Shown in pieces: positions 30,123 through 38,797 of a stretch of DNA of 64,000 bases. Location: positions 66,780 to 130,779 of the forward strand of contig CAVURS010000003.1 in NCBI GenBank assembly GCA_963743975.1, written 5' to 3'. The notes under the pieces were generated by a model. The model was not told the origin of the DNA. It was given only the letters and a program-made list of their open reading frames with translations, and searched no databases. The position numbers and the translations under genes were made by a program. Positions within the stretch are counted from its first letter, which is position 1, and each line of letters begins with the position of its first letter. Origin of the DNA: an uncultured Actinomycetota bacterium (GTDB lineage Bacteria; Actinomycetota; Actinomycetes; Actinomycetales; CAVURS01).

Positions 30123-30362
30123 ATGGACCAGCCGACGACCGGTCTGGATCGCGCCCGCCAGGCGGCGCTCTACTTCACGATGACCGTGGCCGTGCTCGCT
30201 CTCGCGTTCTGGGGGCTGAGCTTCGTGAGCGACTCCGGTGTGGTCACCGCCCTCGGTGGCGTCTGCAGCGCCGCGACCGCGGTGGGGGGCACCACCATGG
30301 GAGTGCTCTTCCTGGTCGCTCGCCTCCGTGAGCGGGACGCCTCGAACCCGGGGTCCGGCTAG
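30123..30362 (+). CDS. small hypothetical membrane protein
   Basis: ATG 30123 within ORF 29973..30362. Two TM-like spans (ALYFTMTVAVLALAFWGLSF, AVGGTTMGVLFLVA). Confidence 0.4.
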   Translation: MDQPTTGLDRARQAALYFTMTVAVLALAFWGLSFVSDSGVVTALGGVCSAATAVGGTTMGVLFLVARLRERDASNPGSG

Positions 30363-30949
30363 GCCGGCGGCTGGGCGGCACCGGCGCCGACCACCGAGCG
30401 GTAGGTACCCAGCGCGGCCAGCATGATGAGCGCGTCGACGACGGCGAGCCAGCTGATGTCGCCCACGTGGGCGATCGGGAAGAGGACCGCGCCGAGGGCG
30501 AGGAGGGGGCTCCACCACCGCGGTGTGTGGTGTCGCAGCCAGACCGCGGCCAGGAGGAACGTGAGGGGGAAGAAGAAGCCCATCGTCTTGAAGACGTTGG
30601 CCGGGCCCGAAGCGTCGAAGAGGTCGATGCCGCCGAGGGACACCTGGAGGGTGTTCACCCCTACGCCGGCGTTGCCGATGGTCCCGAGCAACGAGACGAC
30701 CACGAGCACCGCCTGGGCGCGGCCGCGCGTCGAGGTCACGAGCCGGAGCGCCGCGAGGCCGTACAGGGCCGCGGCGAGCAGGTGCAGCGCAGCGGTCGGA
30801 CCGTCATCCCAACCACGGACCGCGTAGCTGCAGTCCAGGGCGAGGTAGGCCAAGGGGGCAACGAGCAGAGCAGCGTCGAGTACTCGACGCAGTGGCGCGT
30901 CCCCCCAGGTGGCTGACGTCGACGTGGGTGCCGGGGTGGCGATGGACAT
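30359..30949 (-). CDS. hypothetical integral membrane protein
   Basis: From MSIATPAPTS (ATG 30947-30949) in ORF 30359..31075. Six hydrophobic spans. Divergent from the LuxR-type gene. Confidence 0.55.
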   Translation of the reverse strand: MSIATPAPTSTSATWGDAPLRRVLDAALLVAPLAYLALDCSYAVRGWDDGPTAALHLLAAALYGLAALRLVTSTRGRAQAVLVVVSLLGTIGNAGVGVNTLQVSLGGIDLFDASGPANVFKTMGFFFPLTFLLAAVWLRHHTPRWWSPLLALGAVLFPIAHVGDISWLAVVDALIMLAALGTYRSVVGAGAAQPPA

Positions 30950-31061
30950 CTGGGGTCTCCTCGTGATCGGTGGCTGTGCGACATCCTGGGACGCGACGCG
31001 ACCGGTGGCTGCGGGGATTTCCCTGAGAACGGCTCGACGGAAGAATTCCAGGGATAACCCT

Positions 31062-32105
31062 GTGAGCGTCAGCACGCCGGTCCGCCACCATGGGCGTGTG
31101 CAGCACGCCCAGCCGAGGCCGGCGGACCTCCTGACGCCGCTGCTGGTGCTGGCGGCTGTCGTCGCCGTGGTGTCGACGGGCCTCGCCTACGGTCTGTGGC
31201 TGGCCAACATCCACAACGGGCTGCTCGCGGCGGCGTTCGGCGGCGGGGCCGCGTGGACGCTCCTGGTCCGACCGCGCCAGCGCGAGGCGCTGTACTTCGC
31301 GGCGGTCGGGGTGCTCGAGGGGGTCCTGTTCCTGGGTCGGCAGGTGGCGCACGGGCGGGCCGGCGGCGCGCACGTGTGGTGGGGATGGCTGGGGGTCTGG
31401 CCCCTCGCCCTCATCCTCGCTCTGCTGACCTGGTCGGTGCTGTGCTTCCCGGAGGGCCGTTTCCTGTCCCGCCAGTGGCAGCTGCTCGGCGTCGGGGTCG
31501 CGGTCATCGGTGTCGCCTGCTCGTTGACGTCGGCCCTGTGGCCGGTGGAGTACGACGCGGCCGGCGTCCGCGTGCCGCCTCCCTTCCACCTCGGTGGCGC
31601 AGCCGCAGCCGGCCAGGTGTGGGACAAGGTGGCCCATCCGGCGTACGCGCTGTTCGAGCTGGTGTGGGTCGTCGCCGTCGTGGCCCGCTGGCGACGGGCC
31701 AACGGCGTGCTGCGCCGCCAGCTGGCCCTGCTCAGCGTGGCCGTCGGTGCCGCCGCGGCCGCGTTGCTGCTCGGGCTCGCGGTCTGGCGCTCGCCCCGTC
31801 TGGGGCTGCTCGCCACTCCCGTCATCCCCCTCGCGGCCGTCTGGATCACGGCCCGGCTCAGTCTCGGCCGGGTGATCGAGCAGACCCGGGCGACGGGCGG
31901 TCTCGGCAGCCTCTCCCCGCGCGAGAACGAGGTGCTGGACCTGATCGCGCAGGGCCTGTCCAACAAGGCGATCTCGGAACGACTGCACCTCAGCATCAAG
32001 ACCGTCGAGCCGATCGTCAGCTCGATCTTCACCAAGCTGGACCTGCCCGCCGACGCGACGACGAACCGGCGCGTGCTGGCCGTGCTCGCGCTCCTGGAGG
32101 AGTAG
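31062..32105 (+). CDS. membrane-anchored LuxR-family regulator (kinase-type membrane sensor fused directly to a LuxR HTH)
   Basis: Part of ORF 30909..32105. GTG 31062 follows AGGGA (alternative GTG 31098). There are about 6 TM spans with motifs parallel to the 4287 kinase. It ends in LSPRENEVLDLIAQGLSNKAISERLHLSIKTVEPIVSSIFTKL. No DHp/ATPase domain and no receiver domain. Confidence 0.75.
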   Translation: MSVSTPVRHHGRVQHAQPRPADLLTPLLVLAAVVAVVSTGLAYGLWLANIHNGLLAAAFGGGAAWTLLVRPRQREALYFAAVGVLEGVLFLGRQVAHGRAGGAHVWWGWLGVWPLALILALLTWSVLCFPEGRFLSRQWQLLGVGVAVIGVACSLTSALWPVEYDAAGVRVPPPFHLGGAAAAGQVWDKVAHPAYALFELVWVVAVVARWRRANGVLRRQLALLSVAVGAAAAALLLGLAVWRSPRLGLLATPVIPLAAVWITARLSLGRVIEQTRATGGLGSLSPRENEVLDLIAQGLSNKAISERLHLSIKTVEPIVSSIFTKLDLPADATTNRRVLAVLALLEE

Positions 32106-32116
32106 CTCCGCCAGCG

Positions 32117-32851
32117 TCAGCCGCGGTCGGCGGAAGCATCCGTTCCCGACAGCTTGTCGAGGTCGCGGACGCAGAAGCGGTGGTGCGCGTGCTCCTCGTT
32201 GAGCACGGTGCCGAGACACTGCCGCACCGACCGTCCGCGGGCGTACGGCGGCCACCTGTCGCTGGCGGGCACGGGCGCGGTCCGTGCGAGCTGCTCGCGG
32301 GTGACCTCGGCCAGCCAGGCCTCGACCTCCGAGCCCTGCCGGTCGCGCACGGCCAGCACCTCGTCCAGGGTCGGGCGGCTGGACGCGTCGAGGCCCTGCT
32401 CCTCCTGGTCGGGCACGTACGGCGTCGCCAGTCCCATGGCGGTGAAGGGTTCGTCCCGCCCGAGCACGCAGCGCCGGAACCACGAGTCGTGGACGAAGAC
32501 CAGGTGGCGCAGGGTCTGGACCATCGACCACTCGCCGTCCACCCCGCGGTGCTCGCTCCCGGCGGGCATGGTCCGGACCCGCTCGACGGTCGTGGCCCAG
32601 GCGGCCCGCAGCTGCCGCCAGGCCTCCAGCAGGTCGACCGGATCGTCGGACCGGACCAACAGCCGTACCGGGTGCCGGCGGTCGAGCTCGGCCTCGACGT
32701 AGGGCATCACCTGGACGCCGTTGACCGAGAGGTTGGTGATCAGGCCGTCGATCTCGGCGTCCTGCATGACCACGCCCACCAGCCGGGTCCGGCTCAGGTC
32801 ACACTCGCGGAACTCCGCTCCGCTGAGGTCCTCGTCATCGAAGCGTCGCAC
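32117..32851 (-). CDS. pentapeptide-repeat / DinB-family fusion protein
   Basis: N-terminus DLSGAEFRECDLSRTRLVGVVMQDAEIDG, followed by DinB-like helices (TLRHLVFVHDSWF ... LNEEHAHHRF). Confidence 0.65.
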   Translation of the reverse strand: MRRFDDEDLSGAEFRECDLSRTRLVGVVMQDAEIDGLITNLSVNGVQVMPYVEAELDRRHPVRLLVRSDDPVDLLEAWRQLRAAWATTVERVRTMPAGSEHRGVDGEWSMVQTLRHLVFVHDSWFRRCVLGRDEPFTAMGLATPYVPDQEEQGLDASSRPTLDEVLAVRDRQGSEVEAWLAEVTREQLARTAPVPASDRWPPYARGRSVRQCLGTVLNEEHAHHRFCVRDLDKLSGTDASADRG

Positions 32852-32875
32852 GCGGACACGCTACTGAGCGCGGCC

Positions 32876-33175
32876 TTACGCCGGGACCTTGTCGGCGAGC
32901 AGGTCGATCTTCTCGATCTGCGGCTCGGAGAAGAGGACGCCGGTGTTCGGTCCGAGGGCCTGGCCGACACCACCGGCGAGGTGGGCGTCCCGGGCGTCGT
33001 CGTCCGGGAAGACGTCGAAGACGCCGAAGGTCGAGGGGCCGAACTGGATCGCGAACCAGGCGACGGTGCCGGGCTCCTCCATGACGATCGACCGTGCTCC
33101 GGCGAGGAAGTCAGCGAGTTCAGTTTCCTTGCCCGGCAACGCTTCCAGGCGCACGAGCAGAGCTTTGGTCAGCAT
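32876..33175 (-). CDS. antibiotic-biosynthesis-monooxygenase (ABM) fold protein
   Basis: MLTKALLVRLEALPGKETELADFL...EPGTVAWFAIQFGPSTFGVFDVFPDDDARDAHL, about 99 aa. ATG at 33173-33175. Confidence 0.65.
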   Translation of the reverse strand: MLTKALLVRLEALPGKETELADFLAGARSIVMEEPGTVAWFAIQFGPSTFGVFDVFPDDDARDAHLAGGVGQALGPNTGVLFSEPQIEKIDLLADKVPA

Positions 33176-33186
33176 GGTCTGACTCC

Positions 33187-36100
33187 TTAGCCTCCGCGGT
33201 CGCGCGGCTGCGGCCGCTCCCGGCAACGTAGCAGGACCCGACCCGTCGGACAGATCCACGCATTCTTCGCCGAGGCGCACACTACTCTCAGTGCTGCCGG
33301 TCGGACGACTGCCCGATCAGCCGGCGGGCGGTAGAGGTCGGGATAGGCGATGTCGGTGATCACTCGGGCCACGCGGGCCCGGTGCCAGCGCTGTCCGCTC
33401 GGGGTGCGGTAGCCCTCGGCGTTGAGAGCGGCGGCGATCGTGTTGAGCGACGCGCCCTCGTTGTGCAGCCGGAGCATCCGGTGCAGGCCGTGGTCGACCG
33501 AGGCGTCCAGCTCGTCGGGGCGCCTGGTGCGGGGAGGCGTGGGCGTGCTGCGGCGCCGCTGGTGCACGTTGAACCGGCCGTGGGGGAGCCCGGCGACCTT
33601 CTCGATGAGCTGGAGCGGCGGCAGCGCGCGGCTCCACAGGTACCCCTGACCGGCTGCGCATCCGAGCCGCCGGAGCAGCTTGAGCTGGTCGACCGTCTCG
33701 ATGCCCTCTCCCACCGTGCTGAGCCGCATGGCCCGGGCGAGGTCGACGATGGCGGCGGTGATGGCGAACGCGTCGGGATCGTGGCTGATCGGTTCGATGA
33801 ACGCGCGATCGATCTTCAGGGACTCGGCGGGCAGGCGGTTGAGGTAGGCCAGGGAGCTGTAGCCGGTGCCGAAGTCGTCGATGGCCACGGCCACGCCACG
33901 GGCACTGAGCCGGCCGAGCAGCTGGCGGGCGTACTCCGCGTCGTGCATCGCCGCGCTCTCGGTGATCTCGAGGACGAGAGCCTCTGCCGGCAGGCCCGAG
34001 TCCTGCAGCGCAGCGGCGACGGTGGCCTCGAGGTCGGTCCCGCCGAGGTGCTGCGCGGAGATGTTGACCGACACGGTCGCCGTCAGGCCCCAGGTGCGGC
34101 CGCAGCCGGGTCATGTCACGGCAGGCGCGCCGGAGCGCCCAGGCGTCCAGCTGCTGCGCGAGGCCCAGGCTCTCCGCGATGCTGACGAACTCCGCCGGCG
34201 ACACGTGCCCGCGCTCCGGGTGCTGCCAGCGGGCCAGCGCTTCGACGCCGAGCACCCGTCCGGTGACCAGCTCGACGATGGGTTGGTAGTGCAGCTCGAG
34301 CTCGTCGTTCTCGAGGGCCTCACGCAGGTCGCTGCCCAGCAGCAGCCGGTGCGCCGCCCGCTCGGCCTGGGTGCGGTCGAAGACGTGCACCTGTCCCACG
34401 CCGAAGGTCTTGGCCTCGTGGGCGGCCGTGTCGGCGAAGCGGAGCAGCTCGTCGGCGTCGCCCGCTGTCGCTGGCCGTGCTGGGTGCGATGCCGATGCTG
34501 GCCGTGATGTGCAGGCGCTGGCCGGCGAGGCGGAACGGCTCGGCCAGCGCGCGCTGCATGCCGCTGGCGATCTGCTGGGCCTGTGCCTCGTCGGCGTTCT
34601 CGCAGATGACGACGAAGTTGTCGCCGCCGAAGCGCGCGACCGTGCTGGACGGACCGGCCGCGTCGGTGAGGCGCTGCGCAACCTCGACGAGCAGGAGGTC
34701 GCCGGTCGCGTGGCCCCACGAGTCGTTGATGAGCTGGAAGTGGTCGAGGTCGGCGAGCATCAGGGTGACGGGCGCCGCGCCGGGTCCTCGGGACCGGGCC
34801 ACGGCCTGGTGGAGGCGGTCGGACAGCAGGGTGCGGTTGGGCAGGCCGGTGAGCTCGTCGTACAGCGCGCGTCGGCGCAGCTCGGCGGTGGCGCGCGTCG
34901 CCTCCGTGACGTCGCTGATCATCGCCAGGGATCCGATCGGCCCGCAGTGGTCGTCCAGCGGGGACACGCTCAGGTGCAGGCGGCGCGTCGACCCGTCGGG
35001 ATGCGGGTAGCTGAGCTCGTACTCCTCGGTGCCGCGGGCATGGCGGTCCCGCAGCTTCTGCGCGACCAGCAGCAACCCGTCGGCGTCCAGGACGGCAGGG
35101 GCGGTCAGCTGGTAGAGCTGCTGCAACGTCAGGCCGAGGATCTCGGCGAGCTTGCGGTTGGCGTAGATGGTCTGACCGGTCCGGTCGCAGGCCCAGATGC
35201 CCTCCTGTGCCGCGTCCGCGATCGCTCGGTGCCGGGCGGCTGAAGCGCGCAGCGCCCGTTCTGCCTCGACCCGGCCGGTGACCTCCCGGCCGTTGCTGAC
35301 GATCCCGGCGATGTCGGGGTCCGCGAGACGGTTGGAGAAGGTGTGCTCGACCCAGCGCCAGGTGCCTTCGCCGTCGATGACCCGGAACACCACGTCGTCG
35401 CTGCGGACACCGGTCTCGACCGTGGCCTCGAGGGCGGCCCGCACCAGCGGCTGGTCATCGGGATGGATGAACGGCCATCCGTCCTGTCCGACGAGGGCGG
35501 CGGCCTGGTAGCCGAACGTCATCGCGAAGGTCTCGGTGACGAGCAGCAGCCGGCCGGTCGGGTCGAGGACGACCGCCCAGTCGCTCGCCTGCTCGATCAG
35601 CGCGGTGAACAGGCTCTCCCGCCGCCGCAGAGCTCGTTCGGTGTGCCGCAGGGCGGTGAGGTCCTCGACGAACATGGCCACGCCGTACGGTTCGCCGTCG
35701 CCATGACGCAGGAGCGCCGCGTGCACCAGCAACGGCAGCGCGGCCCCTTCCGTACGGGTGGCGATGACCTCCCAGGTGCCCGCCTCGTTCCTGCCGTCCA
35801 GGACGGCGTCCAGGTGCGCGCGGGCGCCGCCGCCGTCACTCGGATGGACGAGGTGAGCCAGCAGGGTCGCCTCGAGCTCGCTGCGGGTGCGCCCCAGCAG
35901 GCGGCACATCGCGTCGTTCACCGTGTCGAACCGGCCCTGCAGGTTGACCATCGCCTGCGGCATGGGGGACTGGTAGAAGCGGGCCCGGAACCGCTCCTCG
36001 CTCGCCTGCAGCCGCGCCAGGGTCTCGACCTGGAGGCTGACGTCACGGGTGATGCCACTGATGCCGACCACTTGCCCGCCACCGTCCAGCACCGGTGACA

Positions 36101-36398
36101 ACCGCAGCGACGTGTCGAACGGCCGGCCGTCCTTGCGCAGCCGGTTGGTGGTGAGCGTGTCCACGGAGCGACCGGCGGCCACCTCCGACATCGCCGCCGT
36201 CACCTCCGGCAGCCGGTCCGGCGGGACGAGCACCGAGACGTGTCGGCCGACCAGATCACTCGGCTCGTACCCGAACAACGTCTGCACGGCCCGGTTGACG
36301 TGACGGATGCGGCCGTCCAGGTCCGTCTCGATGATCGCGTCGTCCGAGCCTTCGACGATGGCGGCCAACCGCGAGCTCGTGCTGCCGACATCGCACAT
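33187..36398 (-). pseudogene. multi-PAS GGDEF-EAL (c-di-GMP turnover) protein with an extra C-terminal recombinase-like HTH segment; two frame breaks
   Basis: ORF 34320..36629 (PAS repeats; GGDEF region YDELTGLPNR..RFGGDNFVV), ORF 33317..34681 (ADELLRFADTAAHEAK; ELHYQPIV) and ORF 33187..34074 (EITES, DDFGTGYSSL, GQGYLWS). Junctions at CCC 34461-34463 and CCCC 34088-34091. Start is ATG 36396-36398. The true stop is uncertain. Confidence 0.85.
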
Positions 36399-36485
36399 GT
36401 ATTGAGTGTCGTGTCGTCCGGGCCGCCGGTGGATGGACGGTGTATCACGCGTGTCTGGACGGACCGTCCTTGCCCGACAGCGATC

Positions 36486-36499
36486 CCGAACTAGTTCGG
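36486..36499. promoter_or_regulatory. 14-bp perfect palindrome in the divergent DGC / TasA-like intergenic region
   Basis: CCGAACTAGTTCGG. A second palindrome, GGACGGACCGTCC, lies at 36457-36469. Confidence 0.35.
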
Positions 36500-36671
36500 T
36501 CACTGTGCCGAGCTCCCCCGTCGGGACCACCTGGCTGGCAAGGGGTCCGCCGGTGACATGACAGGTTCCGGCGGTTTTCGTCGCGAGCACTGCAGGTGTG
36601 CGGGCGGACGTCGATGCAGCGGTGGTCATCGACCAGCCGCCTCGGCGGCACGAGCGTCAGGAGCACCACCT

Positions 36672-37289
36672 ATGGCAAGCCACGCTCTCCCACTCACCAA
36701 GCGCCGCATCAGCGGACGCCAGAAGCTCGTCGCGGCAGCCGGGATCACCGCTGCTGCGGCCAGCCTGCTGGGATCGGGCATCTACGCCAGCTGGAGCAGC
36801 AGCAGCGGGATCTCCAGCGGCACCTATGACGCGGCCACCGTCGGCAGCTCGTTCACCGACACCGGGACCAACGCCTTCAGCACGCCGGTGTCGAACATGG
36901 TCCCCGGGGACTACACCGTCCACTACACGGACCTGAACAACGCGGGCAGCGTCGGTCAGGAGTTCACCGGCTCCGTCGACGGCACCGGCGCCCTGGCCGG
37001 GACCGGGGGGTTGACGGTTGCCGTCGCCAGCTGTTCCACCAGCTGGGACCAGTCGGACGGCTCCTGCAGCGACGGGGGCACCATCACCCCGCTGCTCCCG
37101 GAGACCGAGGTCGCCACGACTCCCGACGTGACCTACGGCCAGATCCCCGCCGGCAGCTCCCTGCACCTCAAGGTGACGGTCACCCTGCCGTCGGACGCTC
37201 CGAGCAGCCTCGCCGGCAGCAGCGGCAGCGTCACCCTGCACGAGACGGCCGGCATCTCCGCCGGCGGCAGCGACCGCTCCGCCGGCTGA
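36672..37289 (+). CDS. TasA/camelysin-like exported protein with a SipW-type signal peptide
   Basis: ATG 36672 lies 8 nt after AGGAG. N-terminus KRRISGRQKLVAAAGITAAAASLLGSGIYASWSSSS matches the SipW-cognate pattern (G-x-x-A-x-W). The mature part is Gly/Ser/Thr-rich beta-type sequence. A SipW-type peptidase follows. Confidence 0.65.
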   Translation: MASHALPLTKRRISGRQKLVAAAGITAAAASLLGSGIYASWSSSSGISSGTYDAATVGSSFTDTGTNAFSTPVSNMVPGDYTVHYTDLNNAGSVGQEFTGSVDGTGALAGTGGLTVAVASCSTSWDQSDGSCSDGGTITPLLPETEVATTPDVTYGQIPAGSSLHLKVTVTLPSDAPSSLAGSSGSVTLHETAGISAGGSDRSAG

Positions 37290-37302
37290 CCGGCCAGTCG
37301 GA

Positions 37303-37335
37303 CCGGGGGGCGGGCTGCGAGCGCCCGCCCCCCGG
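37303..37335 (+). terminator. 13-bp GC hairpin between the TasA-like gene and the signal peptidase gene
   Basis: CCGGGGGGCGGGC-tgcgagc-GCCCGCCCCCCGG starts 14 nt after the stop at 37289. No U tract, so it could be either an attenuator or a terminator. Confidence 0.45.
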
Positions 37336-37374
37336 TGCGACGTTCACGACCGCACTCCACGAAGGGCCCCACCC

Positions 37375-37911
37375 ATGCACCTGCCATCCGCACTCCGGAC
37401 GGTCGCCGTCCTGCTTGCCTGCCTCGTCGCGACGCTCTCCGTCGCCGCCGTGGTCGCCGTCCGCACCGACCGGATCAGATGCCTGCGCGTGCTCACCGGA
37501 TCGATGAGCCCGACGGTCCCGGCCGGGTCGCTCGTCGCCGGTCCGCGGCTGAGCGCCGACGACGTCCGGGTCGGCGAGCTCGTCATGTTCGTGCCACCCG
37601 CGCCGTACCGGACTCCCGGCGACCACCCGATCGTCCATCGGGTCGTTCGCATCACGTCAGCGCACCACGACCGGGACCTGACGACGAAGGGGGACGCCAA
37701 CCCGGTGGACGACCCGTGGCGCGTCGACGCCGGCCGCACGACGCTGTACGGCGTCGGATGGCACTCGCTCCGGGCGGGGGAGGTGCTCGGCGCCGTGCAC
37801 CGGTGGGGACCGGCGAGCGCCTCCCTCCTGCTCGTCGTGCCGGCCTGGATGGCCGGGATGCGCCGGCTGAGCAACGGCCCCGCCGGGCGTCACCGCGGGG
37901 CCTGCGGCTGA
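37375..37911 (+). CDS. signal peptidase I, SipW/archaeal (S26B) type
   Basis: ORF 37375..37911. N-terminal TM, catalytic-Ser motif VLTGSMSPTVPAGS, IVHRVV (His), TKGDANPVDD, and a C-terminal TM. Confidence 0.8.
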   Translation: MHLPSALRTVAVLLACLVATLSVAAVVAVRTDRIRCLRVLTGSMSPTVPAGSLVAGPRLSADDVRVGELVMFVPPAPYRTPGDHPIVHRVVRITSAHHDRDLTTKGDANPVDDPWRVDAGRTTLYGVGWHSLRAGEVLGAVHRWGPASASLLLVVPAWMAGMRRLSNGPAGRHRGACG

Positions 37912-37944
37912 CGCCGGTGACGTCCGCCGCAGGCCGCCGCCTCG

Positions 37945-38702
37945 CTAGCCGCCGGCCTCCAGGCGCAGTCCGGCGAGCAGCAGCTCGAGGCCGGCGCGGA
38001 ACTGGTCGGCGTCGTCGTGGCCGTCGAACTCGTCGACGATGTAGTGGATGAAGGGGTAGGCCTCGGGGTCCAGCTCGACGCCACTGGTCGGCGTACCGGG
38101 TCATGTACTCCTCACGGCTGGTGGTGCCGTCGAGCACCTCCTTGGGCGGGTCCTGACCGAGGTCGGCGGCGATGCCGATGACGAAGCCGAAGACCGCGGA
38201 GACGGCGTTGAACGTCTGCCGCGGCCCGAGCCCGAGCCGGAGCACCTGCTGGCCGAGACGCTCGTAGATCCGCAGGCCGTTCGGCTGGACTCCGGTGTCG
38301 CGCATGAAGTACGCGCCGAGCCACGGCCGGGACGACGATGGCGTCGAAGAGCGTGACCGCGATGCCGCGCAGGTCGTCGATCGGGTCCTCGTGCCCGGCG
38401 AACTGCTCGGCCTTCTCCAGGACCCCTGCGAGCACATGGTCGGTCGCCCGGTCGAGCAGCTCGTCCTTGCTGTCGACGTACCAGTAGATGCTGCCCACCC
38501 CGCCGCCCAGCCGGGCGGCGAGGGCGCGGAAGGTGAGCGCCGGCTCCCCGGCCTGGTCGAGCAGGGCGACCGCTTCGGTGAGCACGGCCTCCATCGAGTG
38601 CGAGGCGCGACGCCGTCTGTCGCTCACCGCTCCGCGGCCCGCACCAGGCCGGCCCCGCGGGGCGGTCCGGGGCGTGGGTCGCGGGGGTGTCATGGGTCCC
38701 AT
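37945..38702 (-). pseudogene. TetR-family transcriptional regulator; two frame breaks
   Basis: ORF 38112..38702 has the HTH (AVLTEAVALLDQAGEPALTFRALAARLGGGVGSIYWYVDSKDELL). It continues as RPWLGAYFMRDTGVQPNGLRIYE (ORF 37652..38437), then VELDPEAYPFIHYIVDEF...LRLEAGG, with the stop at 37945-37947. Junctions are near 38325-38335 and 38075-38090. Confidence 0.8.
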
Positions 38703-38744
38703 CCCACCACAGCTTGCGTCAGATCGAACATTGTTCTATAGTCT

Positions 38745-38761
38745 ATCGAACGACGTTCGAT
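38745..38761. promoter_or_regulatory. candidate TetR operator (8-1-8 perfect inverted repeat)
   Basis: ATCGAACG-A-CGTTCGAT in the 95-nt TetR/MFS divergent region. A smaller palindrome, GAACATTGTTC, lies at 38726-38736. ATCGAAC occurs three times (38723, 38745, 38763). Confidence 0.55.
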
Positions 38762-38797
38762 CATCGAACGCGGTTCCAGACCGACGGAGGGTGTCCC

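Noticed and set aside
33331-33498. Recombinase-like sequence interpreted as a mobile element or integrase remnant.
   Set aside because: Only the small HTH-like segment is present and it is in frame with the EAL protein. There is no catalytic serine- or tyrosine-recombinase domain, no terminal inverted repeats, no target duplication and no GC shift.
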